64,000 bases of DNA from a virus. The position numbers and the translations under genes were made by a program. Within the stretch, counting starts at the first letter, position 1. Every line of letters starts with the position of its first letter. Below are positions 37,319 through 47,596 of the stretch, one piece after another. The DNA is taken from positions 56,291 to 120,290 of IMG/VR virus record IMGVR_UViG_3300047585_000133. One strand, given 5' to 3'. The notes below the pieces were generated by a model. That model made no database searches. It was given only the letters and a program-made list of their open reading frames with translations, and was not told the origin of the DNA.

Positions 37319-38509
37319 GGTCTCCGAAAGGGAAATCGACCAGAGGGGACAGCGATGCCGCGCAAGCCAGACCCGGACCCCGGCAAGCCGTGTGAGTTCG
37401 GCCCGCCGGGACGGAATCACCGGGCGTCGTTCAATGTCTTCGCCGGCTTCGAGGCGCGGAAATCCTGCGGGCAGCACCTCCAGGAGGCGGTCCTGTGGGC
37501 AATCGGCATGAGCGGGGCTCCCGCCTCGGTCTACGACCTGAAAGCGAGGACCTGATGGCAACGGTCACGATCGGCGGCATCGAGGCGGCAGCAGACATCG
37601 AGGAAATCGACGGCGTGTTCACGTGCGAGCTGAAGGCCGCCGCCGAAGAGGACCTGAAGGATTTCATCCGCCTGGCCGTGCCCGGCGCCAGGGCTGTTAT
37701 CGCATACGACGGCGGCGACGAGTACGAGTGCCGCGTGACCATTACCGACCCCTGGGACTACGTGACCGTGGTGGAGATCTGATGGATCCCGTGTGCCCCC
37801 GGTGCGGCTTCCCCGCCGAATCCGACGGCCAGGGCGGGCAGCAGCACGTCAGCCGCGCCGATGCCCTGGTATGCGGCCTGCTGTTCGGCGGCGGCAGCAT
37901 GCTGGACTCCCTGCTGGACGAGGAGAGCTGACATGAGCGAGTTCCTGCTGGTCGAAGTAGACGGCGAATCGGAAGACAGCAACGAGCTGGAGGCTTACCT
38001 CTACAGCCTCGGGAACGTGATCTCGGTCAGCGTGCACGGTCCGGGATGCTGCTGCAAGAACTGCCCGTGGGACGGAAACCATGGCTGACAAAAAGGCGCT
38101 GTGCGGCTACTGCGCGAAAGAACGCTCGTGGACGGTCACCCGCGACGTCCCCGGCTCCCCGGTGACTGCTGCCTGCTCGCAGCACCTGGCGGTCGCCTGC
38201 GCCAAGACGGCCGAGGTCACGGGAGCGGCATCGGTGACCGTCTACCTGGCCGGCAGAGGCGGGGAGACCGGGAACGGACAGCTTCCCGCAACTGAGCACG
38301 TCCTGGAACAAGTACGGCGGGTCGGCGCTCACTCGGCGGAACCTGAGACTGCCCATTCGATGGAGGACGCACTTTACCTGGGCGTCCTCGGGGCAATCGC
38401 CCAGGGAGCACCGCAGCCGTCAGTCCTGGCGGCGGCGGCCCTGACGACGCAGCGGTACGGCTTCGAGAGACGAGCCGGACGGTAAAGCAGATCCCGTGGG
38501 GGGACCGAA

Positions 38510-38671
38510 ATGAGCGAGGACCAGATAAAGGAAAACAGCACGGTAGAAACGCTCGCAACCGGGCGGCGCGGCACGGTGCAGTACGTCACCGCGAACGGCA
38601 TGGCAGCCGTGCGGTTCGCCGGCGGGATCGCCGAGGCGGTTCCCGTGGGGGAACTGAGACTGATCGAGTAG
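38510..38671 (+). CDS. SH3/KOW-like small protein 1
   Basis: Hand-translated TVETLATGRRGTVQYV...AAVRF. Confidence 0.6.
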   Translation: MSEDQIKENSTVETLATGRRGTVQYVTANGMAAVRFAGGIAEAVPVGELRLIE

Positions 38672-38729
38672 GAGGAACAGTGGAAGAGGACGCGGAAACG
38701 GGGATCGCCGAGGACCAGGTGAACGGGCC

Positions 38730-38897
38730 GTGAGGGACATCGAGCCGGGCGACGAGGTCGTTGTGACTGGGACCGGGGAGCACGGAACCGTCCAGTACGT
38801 CATCAGCGAGCCGCAGGCAGCTGTCACGCTGGAGGACGGCAGCACGGTCGTCCTGGAGGTAAGCCTGCTCGACCTGGCCGGGGACGAAGCGCCGTGA
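38730..38897 (+). CDS. SH3/KOW-like small protein 2
   Basis: IEPGDEVVVTGTGEHGTVQYV...AAVTL. Confidence 0.6.
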   Translation: MRDIEPGDEVVVTGTGEHGTVQYVISEPQAAVTLEDGSTVVLEVSLLDLAGDEAP

Positions 38898-39064
38898 GTC
38901 TCGCCTGGTGCCATATCTGCCCTGATGATCTCGTCGTGGACGGGGAAAGCGGCCACATGGGTACCGTCATCGAACTGAAGGGCGAGTACGCCCTGGTGGA
39001 GGTGGCGCTGCTCGGGCGGCACTGGATCCTCGCGGACGACCTGGAACTGGCGGCAAGAGCGTGA
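38894..39064 (+). CDS. SH3/KOW-like small protein 3
   Basis: DDLVVDGESGHMGTVIELKGEYALVEV. Confidence 0.55.
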   Translation: MSLAWCHICPDDLVVDGESGHMGTVIELKGEYALVEVALLGRHWILADDLELAARA

Positions 39065-39465
39065 AACCGCGATCGGTCCTGGTTCTGTGGATTGTCACCA
39101 GCGACCCGGAGCTTGACGTCCTGGCCGTCGACCCGCAGGAGCTGGGTATCGGCATCCCGGACGACGTGTTCGCCTACGCCTGCGGCATGTGGAAGCGCAA
39201 CGCCCGGGTACTGGTCACTACCCGGCGCACCGGGCTGCTGAACGGGCGCTGCGACGCGCTCCTCGGGCACGTCACCGCCGAAGAGGCCATTGCGGTAGAA
39301 GCGGCCCTGGCCGCACTGGTTTCATGAGCGCATGAAGCTGAGCGAGGACACGCGGCCGTGCGCCACGCCGGGATGCGGGCACGAGGGCCGCGTCCACGAC
39401 CACTACAACCTGTTCACCTACTGCGGGAAGACCGGGTGCCCGTGCCGGAAATGGAAGCGGTCGTA

Positions 39466-39495
39466 TAGCTGGAATACAGGGTTTATTGGTATCGT
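39466..39495 (+). promoter_or_regulatory. Degenerate motif promoter inside ORF 39332..39736 (copy 8)
   Basis: AATACAGGGTTTATTGG-TATCGT-7-GTG(39503). Confidence 0.55.
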
Positions 39496-40420
39496 CATTG
39501 CTGTGAGCGAGGGAGCGGGAGGACGGGTGCGGTACACGACGTGGCTGAGGCTGTGGCTTCAGGAGCTGTGGATCGAGGCAACTACCCAGCCGGTGCGGCT
39601 GCTGCCGCACTCTCACCGGCCGGAGTCTCTGGGCCCGAACGGCGGGTACAGGTGCACCAGGTGCGGATCGTTCTCGGCCCGGGTGCAGCACAAGGGAATA
39701 CAGCAGGCCGAGAGGATCAGGAGGCAGTTCGCGTGAACTGGGAGAAGATCAGGCTGAAGCTGATGCGGCTCGTGCCGCACGGTTACGTCCCGGCCGGGAA
39801 CAGCCGCTGTGCGCGCTGTTCGTGGAGGCTGGCGTGAGCAGTATCGAATGGGGCGTCAGGAGCAGGTCCAGGAGAATCGGCGGCCAGTGGCACGAGTACT
39901 ACTTCGCCAGCCAGGAGGAGGCCAGGGCCGAGTACAGCCACCTGCTGGTGAACCTGGATAACTGGGATATCGAGTTCGGCTACCGCACGGCTAAGGTCGA
40001 AGCCGGCCCGTTCACCAGGTACAAGGCTCCCGCGAGCGGGTCCGCGCAGCCCGAGGAAGACCCGGAGGTTCTCGCCGACATCCTGTCTCTCGTCGGCGGC
40101 GTCATGATCCCGGCTGAGGTGATCGCCGTCTGGACTCCGGCGGACAGGAAACTGGCCGCTAAGTGGGCGGCGGCCGAGCACCTGCACGCCTCCGACAACG
40201 AGGACGTGCAGCGGATCCCGGAGCCGGGCTTCGTGAAGCGGGCCGCTGAGATCTGCGCGAGTCCCGCCATGGCGCAACTCGCCGTGGAGAACTGGACGTC
40301 CTGGCTGGCCGGAGTGCAGGAAAGCGCCGGGGGAGCCGGGCCGCGTACCACCGGGGCGATCGGAATCGCCCGGGACGCGATCACGGGCCTGCTGGTGCTG
40401 CTGAAGGACAGGCAGCCGTC

Positions 40421-41110
40421 GTGACCGCCGAGATGCCCGAGCCCGGCGCGGCGACGCCGGGGCACGGCCACGTCGTGCCGCGACCGGACGGGGCCAGGGC
40501 CCGGTGCGGAGGGCCCGCGCTGTGCAGCGCCTGCGCGAAGGAGCTGGCCGCGCAGCAGCAGTCCGGCGCGACGCCGGGACAGGCGGCGGCGTGGGATGCG
40601 TGGTACGCGGCCGACCAGGCGAGTCGGACGATGGCGCAGGGCTTCAGCGAGTCCAAGTACGAGGCGATGCGCCGGGCGTTCCTCGCGGGCACCGAAGCCC
40701 AGGCCGCCATCGCCGCCGCAGCGCCAGCCGCCCCGCAGCCCGCGCCAGGCGACTGGTGGATCTGCGACGGCCCGCTGCCGGACGCCCGGAAGCTTCTCGG
40801 CCCGTTCGCGACACAGGAACTCGCACTCAACGTCCGCACCTACGTGGAGAAAGCCGAGAAGCGCTCAGACCTGTGGGTGGATGACGAACCGCAGCAGCCG
40901 CAGCCCGCGCCCGGCCCGTGCCCCGGCTGCGAGTCGCTGCGCCGCCAGTGCAGCGAGATCGCCGGAGAGGTCGGCATCCTCGCCGGGGCACTAACCGAGA
41001 TCCGCGACAACGACCACCCGTACGGCTCGTACGCCCGCGACAAGGCGCGTGCGGCCCTTGACGTCCTCCACGGACTCGCCCCGCAGGCCGCGCCGGGGAC
41101 GGCACCGTGA
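40421..41110 (+). CDS. Mosaic hypothetical protein with PQPAPG linkers
   Basis: GHGHVVPRPDGARARCGGPALCSAC N-terminal motif; repeated linkers. Confidence 0.65.
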   Translation: MTAEMPEPGAATPGHGHVVPRPDGARARCGGPALCSACAKELAAQQQSGATPGQAAAWDAWYAADQASRTMAQGFSESKYEAMRRAFLAGTEAQAAIAAAAPAAPQPAPGDWWICDGPLPDARKLLGPFATQELALNVRTYVEKAEKRSDLWVDDEPQQPQPAPGPCPGCESLRRQCSEIAGEVGILAGALTEIRDNDHPYGSYARDKARAALDVLHGLAPQAAPGTAP

Positions 41111-41760
41111 ACGAGGTCAGGGGGAGAGCACTGGGGCGGACTGCCGCCAGGCTGCTGACCGCCGCCGTGGGACTGCTGTGCCTGGGGGCTGCCGCCGGGA
41201 TGTTCGTTCCTTCCGCCGGGATGATCCTGGACAGGGCCGGCTGGGTCCTGTACTTCGCCGCGATGACCGACACCGTGGTTTTCCTTGCCTGGAACACCCA
41301 GGCGAGGCTGGCGGCCCGGATGCTCCAGAACGCGAGCAACCTGAGAATGATCCGGGACGGGGCGCACCGCCGTCAGGTGCACGAGGACCGGATCCGCGAC
41401 TCGCTCGGCTCAGGCGGCCTGAGTGCGGCCGGCCCGTATGCTGCGATGCGGCAGGCCGTCGCGGCGGGCACGTTCAGCGTCAACGGGACGCCCTATCCCT
41501 CTGACCGGGCTGCCCTGTCCGGAACCGGGAGCCTCACCAGGCTGTCCGGTACCGGGAACGTCACCAGGACGAGTCACACGGAGTGGCGGGACCAGCAGGG
41601 CACCCTTCTCAGGTCCGAGACCGTCACCGAGACCGCCGGGCCGCCCGGAAGAGCCTTCTGCGCGAACTGCGGCCGGGAGAAGCACGGAGTCGGCTACGAG
41701 CCCGGTACGGTCTACTACTGCACCGGGTGCGGCGGCGGTCCCGTAGTGAGCTGCGGCTAG
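41107..41760 (+). CDS. Membrane protein with C-terminal Zn ribbon
   Basis: Two TMs; CANC...CTGC. Confidence 0.6.
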   Translation: MNEVRGRALGRTAARLLTAAVGLLCLGAAAGMFVPSAGMILDRAGWVLYFAAMTDTVVFLAWNTQARLAARMLQNASNLRMIRDGAHRRQVHEDRIRDSLGSGGLSAAGPYAAMRQAVAAGTFSVNGTPYPSDRAALSGTGSLTRLSGTGNVTRTSHTEWRDQQGTLLRSETVTETAGPPGRAFCANCGREKHGVGYEPGTVYYCTGCGGGPVVSCG

Positions 41761-41854
41761 CCGAAGATTCTTCAGCTAACCCTCGGAACACCTTGACATT
41801 TCATTCTGCCAGACCCAGCTAAAACCGAAGAATCTACAGCGAGAGGAACAGATC

Positions 41855-42124
41855 ATGACCGCAGAAGCCCCCGAGGCCGTCGAGATCCCCGAAGGCTGCG
41901 GCCTGCTCAGCACCCTCGACAAGACCGGCGACACCCGCGTGATGTGGGACCGGGGAAACGACGACGAGGTGGCGACCGCCCAGAAAACGTTCGACGACCT
42001 CACCAAGAAGGGCTACCTCGCCTACAAGGCCGAGGGCAAGGACGGCCGCCAGGGCGAGCAGATCCGCAGGTTCGACCCGAAGGCCGAGCGGATCATCCTG
42101 GTCGCCCCGCTGGTAGGAGGCTGA
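41855..42124 (+). CDS. 89-aa protein ending in VGG (candidate ubiquitin-like modifier)
   Basis: DKTGDTRVMWD...FDPKAERIILVAPLVGG-stop; RBS AGAGGA. Confidence 0.75.
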   Translation: MTAEAPEAVEIPEGCGLLSTLDKTGDTRVMWDRGNDDEVATAQKTFDDLTKKGYLAYKAEGKDGRQGEQIRRFDPKAERIILVAPLVGG

Positions 42125-42127
42125 CCA

Positions 42128-42952
42128 GTGCCGATGCCAGCGGCCGTAACCAGGCCAGATCCGGGCGCGGTGATCACCGCAGATGCCAAGAGCGCCGCCT
42201 TCAGTGCCGGGGCCTCCACGTGGACCGGCTGGAACACCGACGTCTACGGCAACTGCTACGGGACCGCGACCACCAGCGCTTCGACCACGATCATCGTCAA
42301 CGGGACATGGAGCGCCTGGAATACCGTCCTGGTCACCGGGAGCACTGCCGCCTCCCAGGCGGGCACTGCCGGGTACGGGATCACCGTCGGCCAGTGGTCC
42401 TCGTGGAACACCGCTTACGAGGAAACCGCCGAGCAGCAGGCCGCACGCGAGGAGGCCCAGGCTGAGGCAGGCCGGCAGGCAGCGGAGCGCCAGGAAGAGC
42501 TGAACGCCCGGTACGAGCAGGAACGGCTTGAGCGCGAACAGGCTAAGGCCAGGGCCCTGGAGCTGCTGCGCTCGCTGCTCACGGGCGAGCAGTGGGCCTC
42601 CTACCAGGAGAACGGCTGGTTCGAGGTACGCGGCTCCAAGGGCGGCCGGTGGCGTATCCGCAACCGGGGCCAGTCCGGCAACGTGGACCTCATGCCGGAG
42701 ATCGGCGGGGAACGCGACGCCTCCTACTGCGCTCACCCGCCGGGGATGCTGCCCGACCCGGATGCCCACGCCGCGCAGATGCTCGCCCTGGTCACCGACG
42801 AGGAAATGTTCGTCAGGACCGCCATCGTCCACTACCGGCGGCCCCCGGATGCCGGGCAGATCCGGCGCGACCGGGAACAGCAGCTCATAGCCACCGCGCA
42901 CGAGCGCGCCCACTTCGGCACCGAGACCTGGGAAGACCCGCAGGCCGCCTGA
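42128..42952 (+). CDS. Partner of the VGG protein: WxxWN repeats, coiled coil, C-terminal CAHP domain
   Basis: Starts 3 nt after previous stop; ALELLRSLLTGEQ...YCAHP...AQMLALVTDE. Confidence 0.7.
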   Translation: MPMPAAVTRPDPGAVITADAKSAAFSAGASTWTGWNTDVYGNCYGTATTSASTTIIVNGTWSAWNTVLVTGSTAASQAGTAGYGITVGQWSSWNTAYEETAEQQAAREEAQAEAGRQAAERQEELNARYEQERLEREQAKARALELLRSLLTGEQWASYQENGWFEVRGSKGGRWRIRNRGQSGNVDLMPEIGGERDASYCAHPPGMLPDPDAHAAQMLALVTDEEMFVRTAIVHYRRPPDAGQIRRDREQQLIATAHERAHFGTETWEDPQAA

Positions 42953-42981
42953 CCGGGTGCGTTAGACGTCTGAGAGTCGCG

Positions 42982-43010
42982 TAGTCAGATACAACTTTTC
43001 TTGATAAGGT
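42982..43010 (+). promoter_or_regulatory. Motif promoter (copy 9), leaderless
   Basis: TAGTCA-GATACAACTTTTCTTGA-TAAGGT-7-ATG(43018). Confidence 0.7.
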
Positions 43011-43017
43011 TTCAGCC

Positions 43018-43326
43018 ATGCGGCCATTCAAGCGCAACGAGCGCACCGTGACCCGGTACTGGTTCCAGGACAGGGACGGCAGCTACTTCCGGACCTGTCC
43101 CCTGATCATGCAGGAGATGGACTGGGCACGCCTGACCTTCCGGTTCGGCCTCGCTGAAAAGCTCCGCGCCGAGTGGCACCAGTGCTGGGACTCGGGCGTC
43201 ATCAGAAAAGCGGAGCTGGAGCCGGGCGATGCCGTGACCGAAGCCGCTCCGTTCCGCGAGGCGTACCCGGACCACCCCGGCCTGTGGATGCTCGACGGCG
43301 CAGACAGCAGGGACCGGCTGCGTTAG
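43018..43326 (+). CDS. Hypothetical protein
   Basis: Leaderless ORF inside repeat-flanked cassette. Confidence 0.65.
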   Translation: MRPFKRNERTVTRYWFQDRDGSYFRTCPLIMQEMDWARLTFRFGLAEKLRAEWHQCWDSGVIRKAELEPGDAVTEAAPFREAYPDHPGLWMLDGADSRDRLR

Positions 43327-43755
43327 ACGTCTGAGCGTACTGATCACAGCCAGGACAAACGGGATAGTAGATGACAGAACACCCAGATCAGCACAAATGG
43401 ACTCCCGGGGACCGGGTACAGGTCCGCCTGCCCGACAAGAACGGCATCAAGGGACGGCGGAACTCCCGCAACTGGTTCAGCGGGACCGTCCGGGCGGTGG
43501 ACCCTCCAGGTGCACTGCCCGGGGTCATCGTGGACCTGGACCACCCGGTCAGCGGAGTACGGGACTGCTATGCCACTCACGCAGAACTGAGGAGAGAAGG
43601 AGAAGCACCGTGAACGAATTCAGAGGCCAGATGGTCAACACCATTACCTCGGGGAGCAGCACGGCCGGCGGTCCGGCATCAGGTCCGGTGACGCACGGCA
43701 TCGGTGCGGCAGCCGTGGACGGTGCGGCGCTGTCGGCTGCGTTCTGGGACCTTCA

Positions 43756-44025
43756 GTGACAGCGGCACCTGATCCCGGCCAGGCACAGACAGTGCCTCTC
43801 GGGAAGGCCGTCAGGACCCCTACAAGGCCGCTGGAAGTACTCCCCGGCCTGGAACCGCTGGACGAACTGTTCGAGCCGTCCCTGGGCATGCTGTGCGCCC
43901 GGTGCAGGCACCGGACGGGGAACTTCACCCAGGGGCACTACTGGAGCTGGTGCACGGTCACCCGGCGGTTCGAGGAGAAGTTCCACTTCTGCTGCCCGGG
44001 TGACTGCGAATTGCAAGCATCCTGA
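43756..44025 (+). CDS. Cys-rich hypothetical protein
   Basis: CARC...HYWSWC...HFCCPGDC. Confidence 0.6.
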   Translation: MTAAPDPGQAQTVPLGKAVRTPTRPLEVLPGLEPLDELFEPSLGMLCARCRHRTGNFTQGHYWSWCTVTRRFEEKFHFCCPGDCELQAS

Positions 44026-44100
44026 AAGCGGGTGCCGGGCAAGGGCACCCGCCAGGACAGAACCAGGCGAAACAGCACATAACAGAAGAAGAGGCACGCA

Positions 44101-45018
44101 ATGCACAGCCAGTGGGAAGATATCACGCCGGCCAGGGCCCGCGAGGACCTGAAAACCGCGAAATGCGGCCGGAACGCCTCCGTCAAGGTCATCGGGCGGT
44201 ACGCCCGCGACATGAAGAACGGCAGGTGGGTAGAGACCCCGGAGGGCCTCGTCTACGACGGCGAGGACACCGGGACCCCCGCCCTGCGGGACGGCCAGCA
44301 GCGCTGCTACGCGATCGTCCAGGCAGCCACGGAACTCGCCGAAGAAGGGAAGATCGGCCATCCCGACGACTTCTCCCTCCGCCTGTGGGTGACCAGGGGC
44401 AGCACCGAGGAGATCGACAGGGCGTTCCCCTATCTCAACATCGGCAAGAACCGCAACGGGTACGACGTCCTGGCTACCGAGGGGTACTCCAATCCCACGA
44501 TGCTCTACACGGTCGCCCGGCGGATCGCCCTGTGGGAGAGCGGCGACCCGACGGGCAACACCTTCAAGCCGACCCGGGCCGAGGTGCTCGACCTCTTGAA
44601 GCCGGACCCGGAGAAGGACCCGGCAGCCGAGGTGAAGCGCATCGAGCGGATCGTCGAGGCGGCTGAGTTCGCCGTCGGCTGGAAGATCAGGCCCCCGGTG
44701 CCCGCCCCCGGGATCGCCGGGTTCCTGTGGTGGCTGCTTGGCCGGGTCAACGAGGCCGACCGCGACACCTTCCTGGACATCCTGCGGACCGGCGGCGGCC
44801 CGGCGGGCACCGAATCCGTCCTGTTGCTGCGCAACCGGCTCCAGCGGGACCAGTACGAAGCGAGCCGGCACGGCACCAAGGTCAAGCAGGAAACGGTGCT
44901 GTGGCTGTGCCTGCGGGGCTGGACCTCCTGGCGGCGGGACGAAGACCCGAAGAAGATGCAGATGCCCAGCAAGCTGGGCGATGCCAGCTTCAAGGTATTC
45001 CGGCGCAAGCTCGGATAG
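44101..45018 (+). CDS. ParB-like (DGQxR) domain protein
   Basis: ITPARA...YARDMKNGRW...LRDGQQRCYAIV. Confidence 0.75.
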   Translation: MHSQWEDITPARAREDLKTAKCGRNASVKVIGRYARDMKNGRWVETPEGLVYDGEDTGTPALRDGQQRCYAIVQAATELAEEGKIGHPDDFSLRLWVTRGSTEEIDRAFPYLNIGKNRNGYDVLATEGYSNPTMLYTVARRIALWESGDPTGNTFKPTRAEVLDLLKPDPEKDPAAEVKRIERIVEAAEFAVGWKIRPPVPAPGIAGFLWWLLGRVNEADRDTFLDILRTGGGPAGTESVLLLRNRLQRDQYEASRHGTKVKQETVLWLCLRGWTSWRRDEDPKKMQMPSKLGDASFKVFRRKLG

Positions 45019-45158
45019 CATGCCGCACGTGCGCTCCCGGTATCTGAGGGGAAGCGGGAGCGCGCCAGGCGGGGCCCCGGCGACTGCCGTCGTGAGAGGG
45101 GCCCCGCCGTCATTTCTCCACTGCCACAGAAGCACAGACCGAACGGGAGAAGACTGTC

Positions 45159-45476
45159 ATGAGAGAGGGACCGCCCGGCGCGCCGGAGCGCGCCGGGAAC
45201 GTGCCAGGGATACGGCACGAGGTGCGCTGGCGCGCCAGGGACGCCTGGCGCGGCTTCGCCTTCCTGCTGAAGCGCGAGCCCTGGTACGGAATCTGCGGCC
45301 TTTCGCTGACGGCCCTGTGGACGCCTGCCCTGGCCGTATTCCTGACCGCACCGGACACCGCGCCAGTCTCGGTTCTGCGCCAGGAGGCAGGGTGGATGCT
45401 GGCCGCCGGCCTGGTACTGACCGCCGTGGCGCACCGGGGCACTCTGCTGGCGCAGTGGCGCGGGCGGCGCAGGTGA
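45159..45476 (+). CDS. Two-TM membrane protein
   Basis: Two hydrophobic segments. Confidence 0.55.
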   Translation: MREGPPGAPERAGNVPGIRHEVRWRARDAWRGFAFLLKREPWYGICGLSLTALWTPALAVFLTAPDTAPVSVLRQEAGWMLAAGLVLTAVAHRGTLLAQWRGRRR

Positions 45477-45790
45477 GCGGTACGCGCCGGGCACGGGTGG
45501 CGCAGGACAAGCCGCCGGCACGGCTGTGGCGCACCGATGATGCCGCGTGCCGGGGAGCGGACATCGAGCTGTTCTACCCCGAGGGACCTAAGGCGGCAGC
45601 CAGGACGAAGGCGGCCCGCCTGATCTGCTCCGGGTGCCCGGTGAAGGCCAAGTGCCTGGAAGTGCACATGGACGAGGAGAAGAGCGGCGGGGGCCGGTAC
45701 GGCATCAAGGGCGCCCTGACCGCCGAGGAGCGCAGGGCACTGCAAAAGAAGCGCACGCGGAAGAGCGAGTCCGGGGAAGCTGCCGCGTAG
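45473..45790 (+). CDS. whiB: WhiB-family transcription factor
   Basis: AACRGADIELFYP...ICSGCPVKAKC...YGIKGALTAEERR: four Cys plus G(I/V)xG turn (W replaced by K). Confidence 0.85.
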   Translation: MSGTRRARVAQDKPPARLWRTDDAACRGADIELFYPEGPKAAARTKAARLICSGCPVKAKCLEVHMDEEKSGGGRYGIKGALTAEERRALQKKRTRKSESGEAAA

Positions 45791-45808
45791 CACTTCCGTA
45801 AGCAGCTG

Positions 45809-45849
45809 TTGTCGATTATCAAGAAATCCTGTATTGTCGGTCTTGCAAG
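45809..45849 (+). promoter_or_regulatory. Motif promoter, inverted spacer, plus CTTGCAAG (copy 10)
   Basis: TTGTCG-ATTATCAAGAAATCCTG-TATTGT-CGGTCTTGCAAG. Confidence 0.75.
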
Positions 45850-45873
45850 AAACCGGGCAACCAGGAGGACCTG

Positions 45874-46149
45874 ATGCCTTACCAGCTCGTTCAAGACGGA
45901 ACCTACCCCGGCACCGATCTCCCCGTGTTCAAGGTCTACGACGCGGACGAGTACCAGGACCCGGCCGTCAGGGACCCCCGTGCTATCGGCGAAGTCTGGG
46001 GCACCGGGGTACGCGGCGTCACCGGGCAGTTCGTTCCCGCTGGTGTCCGCTGGCAGATCTCCGGTAGCTGGGAGGCATCCCCGCTTTACCCGGCCGGCGC
46101 CTACGCAGACGCCGCACGCGCCATGGTCGCAGCCTACGAAGGACGCTGA
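45874..46149 (+). CDS. Hypothetical protein
   Basis: AGGAGG RBS. Confidence 0.65.
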   Translation: MPYQLVQDGTYPGTDLPVFKVYDADEYQDPAVRDPRAIGEVWGTGVRGVTGQFVPAGVRWQISGSWEASPLYPAGAYADAARAMVAAYEGR

Positions 46150-46905
46150 GGACCGGAACCTGTACCGCTTCAAGGTGTGGAAGATGGAGCTGATCACCGA
46201 TGCGAGATGACGTGAACGAACAGTCCTGGAAACAGGACGAGCCCTACGTGCCGGATATCGGCGAAACCTTCACTGTCAGCCGTACCTGGACGTGGCGGCA
46301 GTGGCAGCGGACGCCGTTCCCCTGGTACCGCAGGCGCACCCATACCGAGACGAGCAGCTACCGGGTGAACAGCTGGATGCGCCGCCGTTCGCCCCTCCCC
46401 GTTTCCCACGGCGAGGACGACGCGCGCATCGTGCTGATACTCGCCGAAATGATCGCCGACGGCAGGATCGACCCGCCGCGCGGATTCGGCCCGGATAACG
46501 TGCCCATGGAATGGTGCCGCCGAGAGGAAGCCGAGTACGTCAGCGGCGCCGGCGTCGGGGGGATCATCGCCCGGCTCGACGAGATCACCCTGACCGGGCA
46601 TGTCCCCTGGAACGAAGAATTGATCCGGCAAGAACGCAACCACGCCAACCAGCTAGCAGGAGAACCGCTGACATGACCCATTTCCGGCTGACGGCCGTTA
46701 CTGCCCTGGGAACCGGCCATGACCACCTCTGGGGCGACGGCTACGAAGTGCACGCGGACAGCTACGAGGAAGCTGCTGCCAAGGTCCTTAACCTGGAACC
46801 TCTCCCGGACAGCGAGCCCTACGCCCGTGTCGTCAAGGCATGGCGGAAAGACGGATGGCGCTGGAATGAAGTCGCTCTCCCGCAGGAAAGCCCGGGAGAG
46901 GAACA

Positions 46906-47424
46906 GTGAGCAGCAGGTACCAGATCAGGCTCGCCCGGCTGGAGTACGACTGGGACGCCCTGTCGTGGCTCCGCACCGCCGTCGAGGTGCGCCTGAGGCA
47001 GATGGAAGACGATTCGGGCCACGACCTGACCACCGACCTGGCGCGGGGCCTGGACCGGATGGCCTTCTACACCGGGAACGACCAGATGTACCTGGTCGCC
47101 GAGCACGGGATACTGGCTGCCGCCTACGCGCTCACCCCCGACGGCGACCCGGCGTTCTGGACGCCGGCCGAGCGCAAGCAGGAAGCGCTGTACCTCGACA
47201 ACGCGATGGTGCACCCGAAGCACTCGGGCCACGGCATCGGCGCGGTGGTCACCGCCCATGCGGTCGCCGAAGGCGCCGCCCGGACCATGGACCTGCTGCG
47301 GCTGGACTGCCAGCGCGGCAACGAGAAGCTGCGCGCTCACTGGGAGGCCCTGGGCTTCGGCTGGGTGCGCGACGTCCAGGTGCCCGGCCGGGCATCCGGC
47401 ACCCTGATGGAGATGAAGCTCTGA
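46906..47424 (+). CDS. GNAT acetyltransferase
   Basis: YLDNAMVHPKHSGHGIG acetyl-CoA motif; LRLDC...NEKLRAHWEALGF. Confidence 0.85.
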   Translation: MSSRYQIRLARLEYDWDALSWLRTAVEVRLRQMEDDSGHDLTTDLARGLDRMAFYTGNDQMYLVAEHGILAAAYALTPDGDPAFWTPAERKQEALYLDNAMVHPKHSGHGIGAVVTAHAVAEGAARTMDLLRLDCQRGNEKLRAHWEALGFGWVRDVQVPGRASGTLMEMKL

Positions 47425-47596
47425 TGGACGCTCCCGCAGAAAAACAGCTCTTCATCCTGGGATGAGTTCGAGGTCCGGGCGACGCGGTTTAAGGGCTGAT
47501 TCTCCGGCCTTCCTGAATTTTCCCGTTCGGCTTGACGCGTGGCCAAAAGTACGCAAGAATAAATCTTGTCAGGCAGTCAGCGAACGGAGAACGAAA

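Larger units (their letters stand above)
42951..43335. repeat. 24-bp direct repeats (1 mismatch) flanking a promoter+gene cassette
   Basis: GACCGG[G/C]TGCGTTAGACGTCTGAG at 42951-42974 and 43312-43335. Confidence 0.85.

Noticed and set aside
41793-41825. TTGACA as a complete SigA promoter
   Set aside because: No TAnnnT at 16-18 bp spacing, so not listed as a feature
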